This document shows, piece by piece, positions 18,005 through 35,224 of a stretch of DNA of 64,000 bases. The translations under genes were made by a program, and so were the position numbers. How positions within the stretch are numbered: position 1 is the stretch's first letter; each line of letters starts with the position of its first letter. The DNA comes from the human T2T-CHM13v2.0 reference genome, Homo sapiens: the NCBI RefSeq assembly GCF_009914755.1, contig NC_060934.1; one strand, written 5' to 3'. The notes below the pieces were generated by a model. It was given only the letters and a program-made list of their open reading frames with translations. It made no database searches and was not told the DNA's origin.

Positions 18005-18292
18005 CAGAATTCTTTTTTTCCTTTTCTTTCTATAGCCAGCTTATTCAGCACTATTTATTGAAAAGATTGTTCTTTTTCTATTGCAGGGTCATTTTTGTCA
18101 TATTAATGTCTATATATGTATGTAGGCCTGCTTTTGGGATTTTCTCAGTAGCTCCATTGGTCTATTCTTGTGCCAATACCACACTGTCTTAATTTCTATA
18201 TTTTTATATAATAACATTTCTTGATATCTGATAGTATATGCCCCTCAGCTTCCCCTTCCCCCAAGATTGCATTGGCTATCTTGGCCTTTTGC

Positions 18293-18926
18293 GTTTTCTT
18301 TTTCTTTTTCTTTTTCTTTTTTTTTTTAAATGGAGTTTCGCTCTTTCACTCAGGCTGCAGTGCAGTGGCGCAATCTTGGCTCACTGCAACATCTGCCTCC
18401 TGGGTTCAAGTGATTCTCCTGCCTCAGCCTCGAGTAGCTGGGATTACAGGCACACACCACCACGCCCGGCTAATTTTTGTATTTTTAGTAGAGACGGGGT
18501 TTCACCATGTTGGTCAGGCTGGTCTCGAACTCCCTGACCTCGTGATCTGCCCGCCTCGGCCTCCCAAAGTGTTGGGATTACAGGTGTGAGCCACTGTGCC
18601 TGGCCTGCATTTTCATGTGTATTAGAATCAGCTAGGCCGGTTGCGGTGGCTCACACCTGTAATCCCAGCACTTTGGGAGGCCGAGGCGGGCGGATCACCT
18701 GAGGTCAGGAGTTGGAGACCAGCCTGACCAACATGGTGAAATCCCGTCTCTACTAAAAATACAAAAATTAGCCGGGCATGGTGGGGCATGCCTGTAATCC
18801 CAGGTACTCCAGGTTGAGGCAGGAGAATCGCTTGAACCTGGGAGGCAGAGGTTGCAGTGTGTGATCATGCCACTGCACTGCAGCCTGGGCAACAGAGCGA
18901 GACTGTTTCCAAAAAAATAAAAAAGA
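18293..18926. mobile_element. Head-to-head inverted Alu pair (antisense 18293-18605, sense 18635-18926)
   Basis: Two near-full-length AluS separated by 29 bp. The second has TSD agaat(c/t)agcta. Confidence 0.93.
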
Positions 18927-19687
18927 ATTAGCTAGTCAGTTTCCACAAAACATACTTTTATGATTTTTATTGGAATTGCATTGAATCCATATATAAGTTT
19001 TGGGAGAGCTGAGATCTTAACACTATTGAGTTTCATAGTCCACAAAAATGATGTGTCTTTCCATTTATTTAGGTTTGAATTTCTCTGTTTAGAGGTCTTT
19101 ATATATCTTTTGTTAAATTATTCCTAGGAAGCAGATGTTTTTAGGTGTTATTTAAAAAATTTAATCCTCTTTGTTGCTGATAGTGCAGAGGCTTTAAATC
19201 TGTGGTCTGTGGCCCCTGTACAAGCTATAAACATGTGAATACTTTTTCCTGAAAGATCTGTAATTTACATTTGAATCTGATTCCCACTGGGAGCAATAAC
19301 AACAAAGATGAAAGAGCACTTAGTGCTTTAGAGTGGATTAGACTAGGGAGGGGTACCAGAGAGGCAGGGAGGCCATTTAAAGTATGTAATAGTCTACGCA
19401 AGAGACTGGGCTTGAGCTAGGGCAGTAGGTATGGAAAAGGAGGAAAGACATTCAAGGATATTCTGGAGACAGAATGAAGAAGGTTGCTGAGAGTAGGGTA
19501 GAACAAATGAAGAAAAAGAGTAAAATATAGCTGGCATCAGTCATGTTAAGGGCAATTAGAGGGTTATCAAAGCAGTAGGTAGGTAAGGGAAAATGAGTGT
19601 TTGGTGGGTGAAGATATTGGGATGGTCCCTAACTATAATAAGGAGACTTTGAATTTAAGATATATTCGTATAAATAAAGATGGGCAG

Positions 19688-20061
<374 letters not shown>

Positions 20062-20142
20062 TTAGATGGAGATTATATATTATTCTGTACTTTTTTGTAT
20101 ATTTAAAAGTATCCATGATAAGAGGTTAAGAAAAGTTTATCT

Positions 20143-20851
20143 GCTGGGCCAAATGGTATTTCCAGTTCTAGATCCCGGAGGAATCGCCACACTGACTTCC
20201 ACAATGGTTGAACTAGTTTACAGTCCCACCAACAGTGTAAAAGTGTTCCTATTTCTCCACATCCTCTCCAGCACCTGTTGTTTCCTGACTTTTTAATGAT
20301 TGCCATTCTGACTGGTGTGAGATGGTATCTCATAGTGGTTTTGATTTGCATTTCTCTGATGGCCAGTGATGATGAGCATTTTTTCATGTGTTTATTGCAG
20401 CATTATTCACAATAGCAAAGACTTGGAACCAACCCAAATGTCCAACAACGATAGACTGGATTAAGAAAATGTGGCACATATACACCATGGAATACTATGC
20501 AGCCATAAAAAATGATGAGTTCATGTCCTTTGTAGGGACATGGATGAAATTGGAAATCATCATTCTCAGTAAACTATCGCAAGAACAAAAAACCAAACAC
20601 CGCATATTCTCACTCATAGGTGGGAATTGAACAATGAGATCACATGGACACAGGAAGGGGAATATCACACTCTGGGGACTGTTGTGGGGTGGGGGGAGGG
20701 GGGAGGGATAGCATTGGGAGATATACCTAATGCTAGATGACGAGTTAGTGGGTGCAGTGCACCAGCATGGCACATGTATACATATGTATGTAACCTGCAC
20801 AATGTGCACATGTACCCTAAAACTTAAAGTATAATAAATAAATAAAAAAAA
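20143..20851 (+). mobile_element. 5'-truncated, 5'-inverted L1PA2-like LINE-1
   Basis: Antisense ORF2 segment (~20143-20393) is joined to the sense ORF2 C-terminus (...HRIFSLIGGN*, stop at 20630), 3'UTR and poly(A). Carries the GAG diagnostic (gatgacgagttagtg). TSD aagaaaagtttatc(t/c)gc at 20128-20144 and 20852-20868. Confidence 0.93.
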
Positions 20852-21140
20852 AAGAAAAGTTTATCCGCATAAAAAGTAGGCTGAACTGAAGATTGAAGAT
20901 CTCTGGACCAGCTGTACTCAAATTGTTACGTGAGAGAAATATCAGGATTTGGTTTTGAGTAATTTCATAACCGCTGTCTATTGGGAACACAGTTTTATCA
21001 AGATCTGCCAGATAAGGAGGCACAAAGCTACAGAGGCCAGGTGCTGCAGGGTGGCTAGGAGTTGGGGAAAAGAAATTGACTAGGTGTCTGTTGGCAACTC
21101 AACCAGGTGTGTGGACGCAGGGGAACTTAGCAAGGGAAGG

Positions 21141-21564
21141 TGATATGATTTGGCTCTGTACCCACCCAAATCTCATGTCTAATTATAATCCCCAGTGTTG
21201 GAGGTGGGGCCTGGTAGGAGGTGTTTGGATCATGGGGGCGGATTTCCGCCTTTTGTGCTGTTTTCGTGATAGAGTTCTCACAAGTTCTGGTTGTTTAAAA
21301 GTGTGTGGCACCTTCTCTGCCCCCCTCTCTTCCCCCCTTCTCTTCTTCCTGCTTCGGCCATATAAGATGCACCTGCTTCCCCTTTGCCTTCTCCCGTGAT
21401 TTTAAGTTTCCTGAGGCCTCCCCAGAAGCAGAAACCATCAGAAGCAGAATTCACTACGCTTCTTGTACAGCCTGCAGAACCGTGAGCCAATGAAACCTCT
21501 TTTCTTATAAATTACCCAGTCTCAGGCATTTCTTTATAGCAGTGCAAAAATGGACTCATATACA
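21141..21564 (+). mobile_element. MSTA-like (ERVL-MaLR) solo LTR
   Basis: tgatatgatttggctct...cccaaatctcatg...aaattacccagtctcagg...ggactcatataca. Confidence 0.88.
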
Positions 21565-22074
21565 AGGGTATACATTCAGCAGGAGAATAATGGCAGGGAG
21601 TCTGGGGCAGATATTCTGGGGAGATCAATAGGCAGAAAGCATCAGTGAATACTAGAAACAGGTAGCAAAGCGTTGCTTCAAGCTTGAACTCAAAAGTGGA
21701 ACTGGGAAACCTAGCAAGGAACTAAATAATTGATTCATTCAGCCTATACTGATTAGTGTCTATTGTAATAGTTCTACACTTTACCCTGTATAGGAATTAT
21801 TTGGAATGCATGTTAAAATGTAGTACAGATTCTTAGTTCTTTTTCCCCCCTCTTCCCTTTTACTTGGTACGCCTAAAAAATTGGCATGTTCAGCAAGCAT
21901 ATCAGATGTTTCTGATGCTGGTGTTTCTCAGGATCATGCTTTGACAAAATATCTAGTCCACTGTGTGCTGGCCAGTGTATCAACACAGGGGAAGTGGGGG
22001 AAATGATGTGGCTAGAACCAGAGTAAAAGGTGAGGCCTTGTACTTGGGAAACACAGCAGGAAGGAGCTGAATTA

Positions 22075-22393
<319 letters not shown>

Positions 22394-22984
22394 AGTGATG
22401 GCAGAATGAGACAAATCTCATGGCCAAGGCTTGGACTCTCTGAATTCCAACTAGTTGGTAGTAAGTTGGTTTCAGAAAACAATTTACTTCTGTAGGCTGT
22501 TTGCAGCTAGAGAAATAGTGAACCATGGGAGTAGGAATATAAGCAAGCTGTGACACTTAGAAGAGGTATATCTAGTGGAAGGACAATAGCAACATCCCAG
22601 AATGTGGCCACTGAGGTACTACATTAAAATCACATCACAATAAAACTGGTAGTTTTTCCTAGTACTATGAACAGATTGTGTATCATCTTCATTTATTTTA
22701 AAGATGCTGTGGCTGGTCCCTCAGCTCATAATCACCATCAGCCATGGCATCTTTACATAGAGGAAAAGGATGTAATTCAGTACAATTAAATAAGGTAAAT
22801 GTAAAGGTGCTTTGTAGGTCATAGGGTAAGGTGGTGGTGGTGGTGGTGCTTTCACAACAACATTCTAACACAAAGCAATTCATACAGACTCCCAAAGTTT
22901 ATTGAATAGGCATTCCACTCTCATTCCATTTTACTCTTTAAATATATATTTATTCATGCCTGCTGTATGCAAATTTTTGATTCC

Positions 22985-23680
22985 AATTTTTTTAATGGAC
23001 ATACAGTAAAATGGATTTTTCTTAATGTACACAGTTTTAGGAATTCTAATATGTGTAGTAGATTCATGTAAACCACAATCAGGATAAGAACAATTGTATC
23101 ACTCCCCCGCAAAAAACTCTTATACTCTTCCTCCACCTCTAACCCCCTCTTCCTCACTTCATTTTATGTTTTTGAGAATGTCATATAAATGGAACCGTGC
23201 AATATGAAATCTTCTGTTACTGACCTCTTCCGTTCAGCATAATGCCTTTGAGCTAGATTAATCCATGTTTTTGCATGTATCAGGAGTTCACGTCTTACTA
23301 TTGTTGATTAGTATTTTATTGTGTAGTGTACCAGACTGTTTATTCACTCCTGAAGGACATTTGGGTTGTTTCTGGTTTTGGTGATTATAAATAAAGCTGC
23401 TATAAATAAACACTTGTGTATAGATTTTGTGTGAACATTTTCATTTCTCTAAATACCCATGAGGGAGAATTGCGTGATAAATGTAGGTTTAACCTTTTTA
23501 GAAATTGCTATTTTCCAGAGTGATTGTACCAGTTGGCATTCCCACAAGCAATGGGTGAGAGTTCTAGTTGATCTACATCCGTGTCAGCATTTGGGATTAT
23601 CAGTATTTTTAATTTTAGCCATTCTAATAGGTGTATAGTGATATCCTATTGTGGTTTCAATTTGTATTTCCCTAATGCAT
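22985..23680 (-). mobile_element. Old L1M 3' fragment
   Basis: gaatgtcatataaatggaa, ggacatttgggttgttt, ttttagccattctaataggtgt. Confidence 0.75.
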
Positions 23681-24410
23681 TCCTCGATTCTTGATGCTTT
23701 TATTGATGGAGGATCCAACACAAAAGATAATGCATGGTCATGAGAACAAAATATTTGATATGCCTAACTTTAACATTCTATGAAAGACTTCATTAATATT
23801 TTTAAAAAGGAGTTTGTACTATTGAATATTCATGGTTTTTCAGTGAAGTTTGAGGTACTCTGAAGCCTATCTACAAAGTTTTAAGTAAGCCATGTGACAG
23901 TGTGGATAAGAGAGTGACTTCAGAGCATTTTTTTTTTTTCTGGTGACCTTTGGTGTGTAGAACACTTGTGGCCTTTAATAAACTGAGGAGATAGGATGAC
24001 CAAAATTTTTTTTATATGCCTGTAATTTTTTTAAAGCAGAAATAAGTGAGAAACGCTTATGGACACTGTGATCAAGATCGTGAACAAGATCATGATCTAC
24101 ATTTACTGATTTCATGTTCCTAGTAGCATAGATCAATGGTATGATTTTAATAATTCTTATTCAGGGAAGTAATTTAGATGGAGGCAAGGAAGGCTTTCCC
24201 TTGAGTAATATATTAATTTGGCCCCATCTATCTCTTCTCCTTTGTAGATCATCCCAAGCAGCAGTCTGTATTATAAGAAGCAAACTTAAATGATTGCTAA
24301 TTAAATGTTTAGTGTTTTTTTTGAGTTGGTTATTAGCTTGAGGTTAAATTTGTTTAATGAGTAAATATGGAAGAATTATGTTTTTCACATTTGGAATGCA
24401 TACTTGCTGA

Positions 24411-24884
<474 letters not shown>

Positions 24885-26440
24885 TAACTTGTTTCCATGG
24901 GAAAACATCCGCTTTGAAACAGTATTCAGTAATATATTGAAATGAGAAATAGGCGGTCAAGCAGTGATTCAGGTTTAGTGTTCAGTGTAATTAAGAAAAG
25001 GTGACTTAAGTTGAAGAACATTGATGTATCTGTTTTTAAATTGCACCTAATTATAATGACAACTTACAAGATCTCTTTCCTTCCTTCTCTCTTGGAATGT
25101 TGACTATAAATTTCACATAATTTAAAAACAATTTAAAAGCTAGTCAAATTAATTGAGAAGAATCCTGCTTTATCAAATTTTGCCTGTAATCATATCCAAA
25201 CATGGCATTTTGAAAATCAGAAAGGATTGCTTCCACTTATATCAGAGTTTGAAAGTAGAAACTCTTTTCATGTAGGTATGGGTCACCTTTGATTATATGG
25301 TAGTCTTCTGAATATGGTCCTCTTACCTGACACATATGCACCTCATCAATAAACTACATACAATTCTTAGGTTTATATGTGGTCATGTTACAAAGGATTT
25401 CTTAAGTACTCTTAAATGTGTTCTACTAATGTCTTGTGGAAAAATATAATCTTTTGAAAGCATTCGTGTTAAAAAGAATTAGACGTGATTTATCTCATTT
25501 AGACCTGTTCTTTTTCAATGTGTCTTTAAAATGTAGGTACAGTATATAAGAATTCATACTAAAGGATCAACTGAGACTTTGATTTAAATATGTTATAAAT
25601 TATAGTATGGAGGCCTGCATAATATACTACATATTTTTTTTTCCTAAGAAGCTTATTTAAATGGTTCTGTTAAGTGTAGGAATGTTCTGATGATTATCTT
25701 TTTAATTAAAATGAGAAATCTTTGTTTAAAGTGGCACTCGTTTTTTTACGGCCTGTTACAGTCTCTGTAACAATCATTTCTTAAGTCTGAACGTTTTATT
25801 TCCAGGAATCCATTTATATAAAACTATGTTTAGACTTAATTAAGGAACGATTCTTACAAAGCTTGTAAATAGCCAGGAAAAAAGGGACAGAAAATAAAAC
25901 TGACATTCACATTTAACAAAATGATTGTTACAAGGTATGTAATAAGCTATAAAAATACAATAAAGCCCTTTTTATAAGAGTTCATATTTTTTGATCCTTG
26001 TTTTCAAAGGTATTTAAGAAAAATATCAAAGCTTTGCAAAGTGACATCTGTTTGCTGAATGGACTAGTTATAACTTCTTTTGTTTATAACTGACAATACG
26101 AGAATTCTACCTGTTTTGTTAGTGTGTCTTCTTTGAAATACCTTGTAATTAGTTTAGATTGGTAGGTAAATTTTACGTTGTACCATAGTGAAAACAAGAC
26201 CTGGTTTTCAGGTTCTGCTTCCTAGATGTCATAGATATTGGGCATGTTGCTTAACCTCCTTGAATCTCACTTTCCTCATATAGAAAGCAAAGATAATATC
26301 TACTTTTGTACCTCAAAGAGCTGTTATGAGGAGTAAATGAAATTATTATAAATAGAGCAAATATTTTGGAAATTATAAAGGACTGTAAGCATCCAGATCA
26401 TGTGTCTCTTAAAGATGAATTAGATTTAACAACCTCTTTT

Positions 26441-26630
26441 TTTTTTTTAATTAAAAAGTAAACTTTAATGTCAAAAATGCAAACTTGGGGAGGGCAGAAA
26501 GATCACACACAAGGCTGTGCCTTCACACTTGGAGGGTTGCACAGCAGCCGGGCAGAGGTACTCCTCACTTCCCAGACGGTGGGGCGGCTGGGCAGAGGCA
26601 CTCCCCACTTCCCAGACAGGGCAGCGGCTA
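26441..26630 (-). mobile_element. 5'-truncated SVA2-type element (SVA VNTR + unique 3' sequence + poly(A))
   Basis: Two ~40-bp SVA-VNTR units (gggcagagg.actcc.cacttcccagac), then ~95 bp of non-SINE-R sequence, ATTAAA and an A-tail on the - strand. TSD ttaa(c/g)aacctctttt at 26426-26440 and 26631-26645. Confidence 0.75.
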
Positions 26631-26830
26631 TTAAGAACCTCTTTTAATTAGCAAACTTCCTTCTCTTGTTCATGCATTCTGTCAAGTACATACATGTACA
26701 TCCTTTTTGAAATGACACTTATTTTTCCATTTCCTTGTCTAAGTATAAGTGATTGAAACCACTATTGGCATAGTGGAAATTACACAAGAATTGGAGTCAG
26801 AAGAACTGGTTTCAAGTCCTGTCTTAACTA

Positions 26831-27148
26831 CAGTCATGCATTGCTTAACAATATGTGATACATTATGAGAAATACATTGTTAGGTGATTAAGTGGTTGTG
26901 TGAGCTTCACAGAGTGTACATAGACAAATCTAGATAGTATACCTTACTATACACAAATGCCATGTGATATAACCTGTTGCTTGTGCAGTTTGTTACTGTA
27001 CACTGAATCCTGTAAGCCATTGTAACACAATCGTATTTGTATATCTAAACATAGAAAGGGTACGGTAAAAATACAGTGTTATAATTTTATGAGACCACTG
27101 TTGCATATCTGACCATACTTGACTGAAGTGTCAGGGGGTGCATGACTG
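26831..27148. mobile_element. Tigger3a/Golem-type MITE
   Basis: TIRs cagtcatgca / tgcatgactg, flanked by a TA duplication. Confidence 0.85.
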
Positions 27149-27199
27149 TATTTTTACTTATTCTCTGACCTTATTCTTGGGTGGTGATAATAATAAAAT

Positions 27200-27580
27200 A
27201 ACAATAATAATGGCAGCCAACACTTGTAGCTCAGTATATACCGTGCAGGATTCTAGACACTATATATATTAACTCACTTGATCCTCTCATCTTATTAGGT
27301 GTGTATTATTATTATCATCCTGATTTACAAATGTGGAAACTGAGGCACAGACAGGTTGTTACTTTTTCCAGATCAAACAGTTTGTGAATGGCACAGCTGG
27401 TATTCCAGCTCAGACATTCTAGCTCCAGAGTGAGTGTGGTTAATCATTGTGCTATACTAACCATGTTCCTTAATTTCCTCTTCTCTAAAATGAGAATAAC
27501 AATAACTGTTCTATCTACTGGGTTGAAGATCCAGTAAGAGAGTACACATAAAAGCACTTTGACATCACAGTGTACCATAA
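27200..27580. mobile_element. MIR fragments
   Basis: ggaaactgaggcacag, ttcctcttctctaaaatgagaataa. Confidence 0.7.
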
Positions 27581-27739
27581 ATAGAAGTTATATGTGAACT
27601 GTAGAATTAGCATGCACCTTAGAGTAGGTATTTTATAGTTTTTTGGTGGGTGAGGGATGTTATCTTTTGACTTATTTTTGAGAAATATAATTTTGAAGAG
27701 AGGTGTTGATGGTGTCATTCTTTTTTCAACTCCTCAGAA

Positions 27740-28800
<1,061 letters not shown>

Positions 28801-29074
28801 GTGGTAGTTGTAAAATCAACCTATTTATTTTTAGGTAGTTCTAAATAATTTTTTTCTTTCTCAATTTTGAAATGGTGAGTGTTTCCTATTTTGGAAAGAC
28901 ATTACATGGGCTTTATCCTCTTTATTTCATTTTTGAACTTAGACCAATTAAAGTGTACTTTTTACATTGTAAAAAAGATAAAGATAACTTTTATCTTTAG
29001 TGCAAAACACTACTAAAGCTGCTTAGAGAATTGAGTTAAGTTTTTAAGGGCTTTTTGTAACAAAAAGTATGTCT

Positions 29075-30073
<999 letters not shown>

Positions 30074-30996
30074 TAGGTTATTGTAAAACATATTTGTAGC
30101 ATTTATATTTGTCGAATTTTCTTTACTTTGCTCAATGAAGTAACCAAATTAGGTATCCATAGTGATCAGTTTGTGCTTTCAGTATTTAAGTAATCTCTGT
30201 TATACTTTAGCAACTGGTTTTGTTAAGTCTGTGCAATTAGTAAAGCAAGTGGCAAATTTGTTACGTCATAGAGATTATTTTCACTTTTACAGAAGTTGGC
30301 CATCAGCCCTCCTTCTTTGAGTCTCCTATTAGAAATACTATAAACATCAGAGAGAAGAGGATGACCTTAATATTTGCTTCCCAGGCTAAATCACAGCCTT
30401 GAAGCAGCTATTTCTTTCCGAATAAAAAGTTTAATTTCACGCCCTGATTAGTGCCAGTACGTGCAGGTAGATACTTATGTTATGTAGCTAAACTGATTTG
30501 CCTTTGCAAATTACTTGCCAGTCAGCAGAACTATAGTTTCTTATGAGTAGTTTATGGTAAATTATAGTTCTAGTTAGTAAGTTCTGTGTGTTTTTTTAAA
30601 GTGTGTATTTATTAGATACGAGTAGGAATCAGTCACTAAATTTTGGCCAGACTAGCAGTTGACTAACAGCTTTTTTCAAAGGCTCAGGTTTGGACTAACA
30701 GTCCAGCCAATTAGCAGTAGGAAAGAGTGAGATCTTATTTTCAGTTGATTTGAAAATATACACAGGACCTAGAAAGAGTGGTTTCTGATGGAAAAGACCT
30801 AAGGAGAGATTATTTTTCTTATTGAGAAGTAAAATACATTGTAGTTAAAAATTGAGACCTTTGAGAGGCTTAAAAGATAGGAAGATCAACTGAGGACAAG
30901 ACATAGAAGGTTTTGAAATCGTGGGACACTACTTAACTGAATTTTTAATTGCTTAATTGAAACTATGGAGTTTTAAAAACTTTTAAGATGAACTGG

Positions 30997-31527
<531 letters not shown>

Positions 31528-31626
31528 TTAATAAATGTATCATTTGTCTTATCTAAAATGTCACTAAATTTGCATGGAGTCATAGGATTTAAGAGTCTAG
31601 AAGGACCATCTAATTCAAGGCTTTTT

Positions 31627-31719
31627 TTTTTAATTTAGTTTTTCTATTTTCTTTGTTCTTTCTTTCTTCTTCTTCTTTTTTTTTTTTTTTTTTTTTTTTT
31701 TGTGTGTTCTTCTACTTGA
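31627..31719 (-). other. Orphan retro-insertion: 18 nt of unique sequence + degenerate poly(A)
   Basis: Direct repeats taattcaaggctt(t/c)tt at 31611-31626 and 31720-31735 flank a T-rich tract plus gtgtgttcttctacttga. Confidence 0.7.
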
Positions 31720-31725
31720 TAATTC

Positions 31726-31887
31726 AAGGCTTCTTAACCTTTTTTTGGTTATGGACTTCACTGAAAATCTGGTATCACAGGATCCTTCCTCTTCCCAGAC
31801 ACACACACACTCATATGTTTTGTACAAAATTTCAGGAGGTTCAGAGATCCCTGAATCCTATCTATGGACCCTGGGTTAAGAACCCTG
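31726..31887. mobile_element. Small hAT-type MITE relic
   Basis: Imperfect TIRs caaggcttcttaacc / ggttaagaaccctg. Imperfect 8-bp flanks atctaatt / atctagct. Confidence 0.5.
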
Positions 31888-33592
31888 ATCTAGCTTGTTT
31901 TTTTTTTTGATTCTTGCATAGTATATTTTTATTTAAAAGGTTTTGCTGATAATTATTATTTTAATATAACTAAGTTGTGACCTGTTTTAATAAGGGTCTG
32001 ACTGTAAAACTTGAGCTTCATCATAAAGTGCCATTTTGAGAAGCTAATGAAATGTTGAGTATGTTGCCTAGTAGTGTCAGGAAAAATGGTACAGAGATGA
32101 CTTGGCTGGTAGTTATCAAAAATCCTCCCAGAACATCCTGTTCTCATTCCCCTAGCTATTCAGGCAAGGGGCCACAATTAATCCCTGTCTATGATGATGT
32201 AATTTTACTTTTCAGGATATATGGACAGATACACTTAAATCCTTTGATTATTATTCTACTGATATTTCCAGGACCTTTCTATTTTTATAAGTTTTATTAA
32301 AGATGTGGTATAACCAAGCAAATGCCCAGCAAGGTCAGTTTACTCTAGTAAGTACACTCTGCATCTAGAAGCATGTGGAATAAACTCTGTTCTGTCAAGG
32401 TCAGCCTTAAACATTGTCAACATGTTCACTTATTTATGCTCTGCAGTTCTGGGGAGGCCTGGGAAACATTTATCTTCTTTTCTTTTTCTTCATCCTCTTA
32501 AGGTATCAACACTGACAATGCTATCTATCTAATTAGCTCATTCAAGAAAGACTTTTTTGTGATAATTTTAGATCAGCAGTACACTTTGGCCAGAAAACCT
32601 GGTTTGGATTTTATCTTATGTTATCCCACATGCTACTTAGAAAAAGAGTTTTTATGAGATATCGATAAAAAGTATTGTGGAATACTTCTTCTTTTTAAAA
32701 ATGAGCACATGAAGAACCAAGGACTTGTTTGACTTGCCAGTGTCACAATTGATGACAGCCTGAATTAGAGCCCACATTTCCTAAGTCCAAGTCTAGTTGG
32801 TGCTTTTCCGAGTCTTTGTTTTGTTTGTGGTTTAGCTTGTGTTTCTTCTACTGATAGGTGAATTGGTGGGGGGTGTTTTTAATTAGTACTTTTGTGATTT
32901 GTTTAAGAAAGCCTCCCCTAATTTAAGATCATGAAAATAGCCTCATATTTTCTACTAGAGACTTTTTGAGTTTTGGTTTTTACGTTTAGAATTTTAGTCT
33001 TTCTAGAATTGATTTTTGGGTTTGATGTGACGAAGGGATTCCGTTTCACTTTTTTCCATATGGATTTACAATGGCCCCCAGCATCATTTATTGGAAGAAC
33101 ATGCATTCTCCATCAATCTGCAGTGTTATCTCCCTCATAAATCATGTCATTACATGCATTGATCAGTTTTTGGACTCATTCTGTTCTATTGTTCATTTAT
33201 TTATATCAGTGCCATACTATCTTATTCATATAGCTTTTTTTTGGGCAAATCTTTTCTATTTTAAAAAATTCATATTAAAAATTTAACATAATAAGTGTAC
33301 ATATTTATGGGGTATATACTGATATTGTGATACATATAGTGATCAGATTAGTAATTAGTGTATGTATCTCAGTCATTTATTTTTTTTTGTATTGGGAACA
33401 TTCAATATTCTCCTAGCTATTTGAACTATATAGTATTTTATTGTTAATTATTGTCATTCTACAGTGCTGTAGAACACTAGGACTTATTCCTCCTATATAG
33501 CTCACACTGCTTTATAATACACCTTTTTTATGGTAGTTAAGGTCTCATACCTTATTTTCTTCTTGGCTATTTGTGGCTTTTTATACCTTCAT

Positions 33593-34865
<1,273 letters not shown>

Positions 34866-34974
34866 CCAGCCTGTTTTATTCTTAATGTTAAGAGATAGTT
34901 GGATATGATGAAAGAGCACTTTATTGAGCCAGATCACTTAAGCATTTGACCTTTAGACAAGTCTTTTATTTATG

Positions 34975-35191
34975 TTAGAGTTTCTTAGCCCTTGGGCCTT
35001 GGCCCTCTTCTCTTTCCTGTCTACACTTTGTTCCTAGATGATCATCTATTCCTTTTGCTTTGAAATACCATCTGTGGGCTGATGATTTCTAATGGGCTAA
35101 TAGTCTCTAACCCATCCTTTTACTGTGACTTCTACCTTTATGTATTCAACTGATTATCCACTTGAATGTTGCATAATTGTGATTTTTTGTG

Positions 35192-35224
<33 letters not shown>

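Noticed and set aside
20103-20630. ORFs resembling a reverse-transcriptase protein C-terminus
   Set aside because: Fragments of L1 ORF2 in a truncated, inverted insertion. There is no promoter, ORF1 or RT domain.
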